Below are positions 58,411-64,000 of a stretch of 64,000 nucleotides of DNA, piece by piece; the stretch's first letter is position 1; each line of letters opens with the position of its first letter. The position numbers and the translations under genes were made by a program. The notes beneath the pieces are model-generated. The model saw nothing but the letters and a program-made list of their open reading frames with translations. It was not told where the DNA came from and did no database searches. This DNA is from Candidatus Zixiibacteriota bacterium (GTDB taxonomy: Bacteria; RBG-13-66-14; B26-G2; WVWN01), in assembly GCA_050117845.1 (NCBI GenBank), contig JASFLY010000001.1, positions 224,001-288,000 on the forward strand. Direction: 5' to 3'.

Positions 58411-59880
58411 CTAACAGTTTCGCTTTATGGTACGGAGGAGTTCGCCGCCAGCGTCGTAGAGTTCGTACTCCAGGGGCATCTTGCCCGGCAGGGCGTGCGT
58501 CGCGCAGGCCATGCAGGGGTCGTAGGCCCGGAAGGCCATCTCGACCATGTTCAGCTTGCCCTCGTCCACGTCGCCGCCGGTAATGACGCCCCGGGCGGCG
58601 TTGCGCACGGCGAGGTTGATGCCGGCGTAGTTCTGCGTGGTCGAGACGATGAGGTTGGCCTCGGTGAGGATGCCGTTCTCGTCGGTGGTGTAGTCGTGGA
58701 TGAGGTGGCCGCGGGCGGCCTCGACGATGCCGACGCCCCGGCTCGGCGTCTCGGTCGCCAGATTGCGGACGTGCGGGTCGAGGATTTCGTCGTCCTCGAG
58801 GTGGCGCAGCCAGAGCTCGGCGCCCTGGGCGCCGCGGATGATGCGGGCCCAGTGGTAGGCCAGCGAGGCGTGGACCGGCTTCCCGCCGAGCGTGGCGTAG
58901 AACTTCTCGTACTCCGCCTGGGCCACGGGGGTCTGCATCCGGTCGGCCGCGTTGAGCGTCGCCAGCGGCCCGCCGCGATATATGCCCGAGTCCTTCCCGG
59001 TAACCCAGCCCTTCCAGCCGATCTTTTTGAGGTAGGTCACCTTGAGGTAGGACCAGGGCTCCACCCTCTCCTCGATGTGGTCCAGGTAGTCCTCGGCGGC
59101 GAAGCGGGCGAACTCGTTGCCGTCCGGGTCGACGATGCGGGACCACCCGTCGTAGAAGTCGAGCTCGTTGTCGTCGTTCACGACGCCGATATAGTACGTC
59201 TCCTGGCCGCCGTAGGCCTCCGACAGCACGAGGTCCACGTACTCCTTGTTCTTCAGCACGACGTCCTCGAAGAGCTGGAACGTGAACTTGGAGAACTCCA
59301 CCGCCTCGCGGGCGTGGCCGAGCATCTCCTCGCGCTTCTCGGCGTCGAGAGGCCGGGAGACGCCGCCGGGGAGGTTGATAATGGGGTGGGTCCGCTTGCC
59401 GCCGAAGTACTTGAGCACGTCGATGGACTTGGCCCGCATCTCGATTACCTTGGAACCTATCTCGAGGCCCACCTTGCCCACCACGCCCAGGATGTTGCGC
59501 TCGGCCGGGTCGGCCGTCGGCCCCACGACGAAGTCCGGGGCGGCGAGGTAATAGAAGTGCAGGAGGTGGTCGTAGAACATATAGGCGTTGTAAATCATCC
59601 GGCGCAGGCGCTCGCCGTTGGGCGGCAGCGGGACGCGGTAGACGGCGTCGCACGCCTTCGAGCTGGCGTAATGGTGGACCAGCGGGCAGACGCCGCAGAT
59701 GCGGGGCGTGATGCGCGGCAACTCCTCTACCGGCCTGCCGACGGCGAACTGCTCGAAGCCCCGCAACTCCGGGATCTGGACGTACGCGTTGGCCACGTCG
59801 CCGTTGTCGTCCAGGAAAATGGCTATCTTGCCGTGGCCCTCGAGGCGCGAAATGGGGTCGATTTCTATTTTCTTCATCAT
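58411..59880 (-). CDS. mvhA: [NiFe]-hydrogenase large subunit, MvhA-like, Cys form
   Basis: SRLEGH, RGFE, L1 RICGVCPLVH, EAARG, L2 [12 protein letters not shown] plus a cleavable C-terminal extension. Confidence 0.93.
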   Translation of the reverse strand: MMKKIEIDPISRLEGHGKIAIFLDDNGDVANAYVQIPELRGFEQFAVGRPVEELPRITPRICGVCPLVHHYASSKACDAVYRVPLPPNGERLRRMIYNAYMFYDHLLHFYYLAAPDFVVGPTADPAERNILGVVGKVGLEIGSKVIEMRAKSIDVLKYFGGKRTHPIINLPGGVSRPLDAEKREEMLGHAREAVEFSKFTFQLFEDVVLKNKEYVDLVLSEAYGGQETYYIGVVNDDNELDFYDGWSRIVDPDGNEFARFAAEDYLDHIEERVEPWSYLKVTYLKKIGWKGWVTGKDSGIYRGGPLATLNAADRMQTPVAQAEYEKFYATLGGKPVHASLAYHWARIIRGAQGAELWLRHLEDDEILDPHVRNLATETPSRGVGIVEAARGHLIHDYTTDENGILTEANLIVSTTQNYAGINLAVRNAARGVITGGDVDEGKLNMVEMAFRAYDPCMACATHALPGKMPLEYELYDAGGELLRTIKRNC

Positions 59881-59938
59881 TTCTCTCCGGATGTAATGGG
59901 TTTATCGGCTTCGGATACGTCCTCCCGGCGGGGCGCAT

Positions 59939-59988
59939 AAAAAAGCCTTTGCCGGGCGAGTGGAAACACTTCGCACGAGCAAAGGCTT
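59939..59988 (-). terminator. Terminator/attenuator hairpin between the tandem mvhA copies
   Basis: AAGCCTTTGC...GCAAAGGCTT stem with a T tract, ending about 60 nt before the second mvhA start. Confidence 0.7.
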
Positions 59989-60087
59989 ACGTCTGAGCTT
60001 TATGCTGAGACGGAGACGCGGTTATGTCGGGTCGAGCTTAGCGCTGCGAGCTCGGCCGTGCGGCCACGCCTCCGCGAGGACTGCTGC

Positions 60088-61554
60088 TTAGCAGTTTCTC
60101 TTTATGGTATTACGGAGGGTGCCGTCGGCCTCGTAAATATCGAGCTCGAGCGGCATTTTCCCGGGCAGCGAGTGCGTCGCGCAGGCCATACACGGATCGT
60201 AGGCCCGGAAAGCCATCTCGACGATGTTGAGGTGGCCCTCTTCGACTACTCCGCCCTTTATAACGCCCTTCGCGGCGTTGCGTACGGCGAGGTTGATGCC
60301 GGCGTAGTTATGAGTCGTGGCGACGATGAGATTCATGTCGGTGATGATACCGTTCTCGTCGGTATTGTAGTCGTGGATCAGGTGGCCCCGGGCGGCTTCG
60401 ATAACGCCTACGCCGCGGCCGGGGGTCTCGGTCGGGATGTTGCGGATGTGGGGATCCAGGATCTCGTCGTCGTTCATCGCCTCGAGCCACAGCTCGGCGC
60501 CCTGACAGCCCTCGATGATGCGGGCCCAGTGGTACGCGAGCGTGGCGTGCACCGGCTTGCCGCCCAGCGTATCGTACATCTTCTCGAACTCGGCCTGGGC
60601 CAGCGGCGTTTGCATCCCGTCGGAGGCGTTGAGCCTCGCGAGCGGGCCGCCGCGGTAAATGCCGGAATCCTTCCCGGTTACCCAGCCTTTCCAGCCCACA
60701 TTCTTGAGGTACGTGACCTTGAGGTAGGTCCACGGCTCCACGCGCTCCTCGAAGTGGTCGAGGTACTCGGAGGGATGGAACTTGGCGAACTCGTTCCCCT
60801 CCGGGTCGACGATGCGCGTCATGCCGTCGTAGAAGTCCACCTTGTTGTCGTCGGTCACGAGGCCCACGTAGTAGGTCTCCTGGCCCCCGAAGGCTTCGGA
60901 CAGGACGAGGTCCACGTACTCCTGGTTCTTCAGGACGACGTCCTCGAAGAGCTGGAACGTGAACTTGGAGAACTCCACCGCCTCTTCGGCGTGCTTCCGC
61001 ATCTCCTCGCGGGCCTCGGGGTCGAGGGGCCGCGAAATACCGCCCGGAAGGGCGATGATGGGGTGCGTTCGTTTGCCGCCGAAGTACTTCATGACGTCTA
61101 TGGATTTGGCGCGCATCTCGATGACCTTGGCGCCTATCTCCAGTCCCACCTTGCCTACGACGCCGAGGATGTTCCGCTCGGCCGGGTCGGCCATGGGTCC
61201 CAAAACGAAATCGGGGGCCGCGAGGTAGTAGAAATGCAGGAGGTGGTCGTAGAAAGTGTACGAGTTGTATATCATCCGCCGGAGTCTCTCGCCGTTGGGC
61301 GGAAGTTCTACCCGGTAAACCGCGTCATTTGCCTTCGCACCTGCGAAGTGATGGACTAAGGGTCAAACGCCGCAGATACGGGGCGTGATCCGGGGTACCT
61401 CTTCCACCGGCCGGCCCACGCAGAATTGCTCGAAGCCGCGCAGCTCCGGTATCTGAAGGTACGCCTCGGCCACGTCGCCCGCGTCGTCCAAAAAGATCGC
61501 GATCTTGCCGTGCCCTTCGAGGCGAGAGATAGGGTCTATCTCGATTTTTTTCAT
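60088..61554 (-). CDS. mvhA: [NiFe(Se)]-hydrogenase large subunit, MvhA-like, with selenocysteine in the L1 motif (TGA at 61363-61365)
   Basis: ORFs 61363..61554 and 60088..61275 join in frame as [22 protein letters not shown], colinear with RICGVCPLVHHY of the paralogue; L2 DPCMACATH. Confidence 0.88.
61333..61348 (-). promoter_or_regulatory. Bacterial SECIS-like hairpin (mvhA)
   Basis: CUUCGC-AGGU-GCGAAG starting 14 nt after the UGA; absent from the Cys paralogue. Confidence 0.75.
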
Positions 61555-61622
61555 AACCTTCTCTCCGTAAGGTTAATCGGGCTTAACTTGCGTATATCCG
61601 TGGCGCCGCCGTGAGCGGCGCG

Positions 61623-62606
61623 CTAGTCTTCCTCTTTTTTATCGAACTCGCCGCGCTGGACGCCCAGAAGCGACTTGGCCAGGCCGAAGCGATAGAAGTA
61701 CCCGGCCGGGTCGTCCAGCTTGCCGAGGATATTGTCGGCTTCCTCGTCGGTGTCGGCCACGGTGATGGAGGCGATGGCCGAGGCCAGCTTGGCTCCCATG
61801 TCGTCGACCTTGTCGGTGGGGCCGAAGCAGCCGCGGCAGGCCTGGCCGGCCACGATGCACGCCGCCTCGCAGCCGTCGCGCGTCGCCGGCCCGCAGCACA
61901 TTATCCCCTGCTCGAGCAGGCATTTCTCCGGGTCGTTCTCGACGAGGTGAATGCGCTTGAACTCCTTGACCTGTTTCTCCTCGGAGCGCGTCCGCGGACA
62001 CTCGTCGCACACGGCCTTGGTGCCGGCGATGACCGTGCCCTTGGGCGGAAGTTCGCCCGAGGCCACCGCCTCGACCGCCGCGATTATCCACTTCGGCTGG
62101 GGCGGGCATCCCGGGAGGTAGTAGTCCACGTCGATGACCTGGTCGAGAGCGTAGGTCCGGTCCATCGCCCGGGGGAGGGTGAGTTCGCCTTCCGGAGCCT
62201 CGAACGAGGTCTGGGGCCGGGTGCCCTCGGGGTTGTTGACCGACGGGACGGTGTCGTACATCCGGTGCGCGAGCTGTTCCGTGGTCCAGAAATTCCCCAG
62301 GGACGGAATGCCGCCCATCTGGGCGCACGCGCCGAAGGCCACGATGAACGCGCTCTTTTGCCGGAGCAGTTTGGCGTGGTGCACGTCGTGGTCGGTGCGA
62401 ACCGCGCCGTTGAAGAAACCGACCGTAACGCTGCCGTCCGGCAGGGCTTCCAGGTGATGGTCTTTGAAATCGAGCGCCGTGGGCCAGTAGACGATGTCGG
62501 CGAGTTCGGCCACCTTGAGGATGACCTCGTCGATGTCCACTATGGCGATTTCGCAGCCGCCGCAGCTTGCGGAGGGCATGAACGCGAACTTGAATTTATC
62601 AGGCAT
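61623..62606 (-). CDS. mvhG: Hydrogenase small subunit, MvhG-like
   Basis: SCGGCE, GACAQMGGIP, LPGCPP, VCDECPR, CLLEQG, CGPATR, CRGCFGP. Confidence 0.92.
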   Translation of the reverse strand: MPDKFKFAFMPSASCGGCEIAIVDIDEVILKVAELADIVYWPTALDFKDHHLEALPDGSVTVGFFNGAVRTDHDVHHAKLLRQKSAFIVAFGACAQMGGIPSLGNFWTTEQLAHRMYDTVPSVNNPEGTRPQTSFEAPEGELTLPRAMDRTYALDQVIDVDYYLPGCPPQPKWIIAAVEAVASGELPPKGTVIAGTKAVCDECPRTRSEEKQVKEFKRIHLVENDPEKCLLEQGIMCCGPATRDGCEAACIVAGQACRGCFGPTDKVDDMGAKLASAIASITVADTDEEADNILGKLDDPAGYFYRFGLAKSLLGVQRGEFDKKEED

Positions 62607-63048
62607 GGACTTCCTCCTGGGCTACTGCGGGATCCTCGACTCCCGCCGGTAACGGCCCCAGCTTCCGAATTTCCTCCGTGAAACTGGTAATAACCTCGGC
62701 GAAACGCTGGGCTTCGGAGGCGCTTATCCACTCCAGCCGCAGGCGGTCCGGATTCAAGCCCATTTGCGCCAACACCTTTTTAAGGAGCACTATCCGCCGG
62801 AGGGTTTTGTAGTTCCCCTCCTGGTAATGGCAGTCCCCGGGGTGGCAGCCGCCCACCAGGACGCCGTCGGCGCCGTGGGCGAAAGCGTCCAGGACGAACT
62901 GGGGGTCCACACGTCCGGAGCACATTAACCGCACCGGCCTCACGTTGGTCGGGTATTTGAGGCGGGAAGTGCCGGCCAGGTCCGCGCCGGTATAGGTGCA
63001 CCAGGTACAGAACAAGCCGACGATTTTCGGTTCGAATGTTTCCGACAT
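62599..63048 (-). CDS. mvhD: Hydrogenase delta subunit
   Basis: CTWCTYTGAD, MCSGRV, GCHPGDCHY, WISASE. Confidence 0.93.
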   Translation of the reverse strand: MSETFEPKIVGLFCTWCTYTGADLAGTSRLKYPTNVRPVRLMCSGRVDPQFVLDAFAHGADGVLVGGCHPGDCHYQEGNYKTLRRIVLLKKVLAQMGLNPDRLRLEWISASEAQRFAEVITSFTEEIRKLGPLPAGVEDPAVAQEEVHA

Positions 63049-63097
63049 ACTCGCACCTTCCTCGCAAGAGGGAGTCGTAAAACGAAGGGGGATGCCC

Positions 63098-63523
63098 CTA
63101 AATAAACATCTCCTCACGGGTGGGATTCGGGCCCGCTTCCTTGAGCGACTCGGTCATAGCCGTTACGACGCGCTTAACCTTCGTGCCCTCCGAAGCCGGT
63201 ATCCAGACCAGCTTTAACCGCCGGTTATCGAGTCCCACCGTGTCGAATATCTTTTCAACCATTGCGTAGCGGCGCCGCGTCTGGTAATTGCCCGTTTTGT
63301 AATGGCAATCGCCCGGCGCGCACCCCGCCACCAGAACGCCGTCGGCCCCGGCCAAGAGAGCCCCGAGCCCGAAAACCGGATCGGCCCGGCTCGAGCACAT
63401 CACGCGGACGACCTTCGTCGTGGGCGGCATTTTCAAGCGGCTTACGCCCGCCAGGTCCGCCGCGGTATAAGAACACCACCGGCAGAAGATACCCAGGATA
63501 TCGGGTACGAATTCGTCGCCCAT
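63098..63523 (-). CDS. mvhD: Second MvhD-like [2Fe-2S] protein
   Basis: CRWCSYTAAD, MCSSRA, GCAPGDCHY; TAATG overlap with the upstream gene. Confidence 0.85.
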   Translation of the reverse strand: MGDEFVPDILGIFCRWCSYTAADLAGVSRLKMPPTTKVVRVMCSSRADPVFGLGALLAGADGVLVAGCAPGDCHYKTGNYQTRRRYAMVEKIFDTVGLDNRRLKLVWIPASEGTKVKRVVTAMTESLKEAGPNPTREEMFI

Positions 63524-64000
63524 TATCCGAACCTCTCTTCGCCGATTTCCGTGAGTTCTTCTTCCTCGAAACGTTTGAGGGGCAACTCTTCCTCGGCGTC
63601 CTTGCCCGGGATGTATTCGAAGAGTTCCTGCGCCTCGCCGCCCACCTTCGCGAACAGCGTCGCGACCGGGATATATACCGGGCAGGCGTCCGCGCACATG
63701 CCGCAGCCCACGCACGACGCGCTCATGTGCGTCATGCGGCCGAGGTGGAAGAGTAGCGTGTCGGGCGGCACGCGCGTCCCGGCCTTCCGTTTCAGGTGAA
63801 CCTCGAAGGTCCGGGCCGTCGGCTCGGTCGTCGCCGAATCGAAGTAGCAAACCTCGCAACAACATATGGGGCACACGCTGCGGCAACTGCGACAACCGAC
63901 GCAACGGCCGAAGAGGGCCACCAGACCCTCCAGGCCCGGGGCCGCCAGCGGCTCGCTCGCGAACAGCTCGGCGCGCGCCGCCTCCCGCTTTGTGCGTAAG
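63523..64000 (-). CDS. C-terminal part of an FdhB/FrhB-like two-[4Fe-4S] protein; 5' end outside the window
   Basis: CVGCRSCRSVCPICCCEVC, LFHLGR.TH, CVGCGMCADACP. Confidence 0.75.
   Translation of the reverse strand, partial: LRTKREAARAELFASEPLAAPGLEGLVALFGRCVGCRSCRSVCPICCCEVCYFDSATTEPTARTFEVHLKRKAGTRVPPDTLLFHLGRMTHMSASCVGCGMCADACPVYIPVATLFAKVGGEAQELFEYIPGKDAEEELPLKRFEEEELTEIGEERFG

Noticed and set aside
1..64000. Genome-wide TGA reassignment (code 4 or 25)
   Set aside because: Many genes end at TGA with normal C-termini (korA, hypC, hypE, comEC), often in ATGA/GTGA overlaps
1..64000. tRNA-Sec or selA/selB/selD genes
   Set aside because: None recognisable in this window; they must lie elsewhere if the Sec calls are right

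Overview
High-GC bacterial chromosomal window, apparently from an anaerobe. In order it carries: (1) a 2-oxoglutarate-synthesis region (partial Re-citrate-synthase-like gene, aconitase, icd) interleaved with unusual genes, namely a GGCT/putative amidoligase fusion, a degenerate oxidoreductase gamma subunit and a GlnE-like double nucleotidyltransferase; (2) a minus-strand korDABC-hdrA-mvhD-hdrD-hdrA/mvhD-(small Zn-ribbon)-hdrC-hdrB operon in which both hdrA genes have an in-frame TGA followed by an identical SECIS-like hairpin (selenocysteine); (3) an accessory block with two secreted beta-propeller proteins sharing a C-terminal 'PxSFGRxKAxx' motif, followed by a compact, apparently uncharacterised RiPP cluster (HPr-kinase-like protein, two 65-aa four-Cys precursors, stand-alone RRE/PqqD, radical SAM/SPASM) facing a MATE exporter; (4) housekeeping genes (tlyA, dxs, ispA-like, xseAB, folD, NtrC-type regulator, menA, serS, yebC, comEC) with a small low-GC insert encoding a possible HEPN protein; (5) hypABCDEF, a maturation protease and an Mvh-like (group 3c-type) [NiFe]-hydrogenase locus. 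The hydrogenase locus has tandem large-subunit paralogues: one with Sec at the second position of the N-terminal RxCGxC motif and one with Cys there, separated by an attenuator-like structured spacer. I saw no rRNA, tRNA, CRISPR array or transposase. All calls come from reading motifs by eye; no database searches were run.
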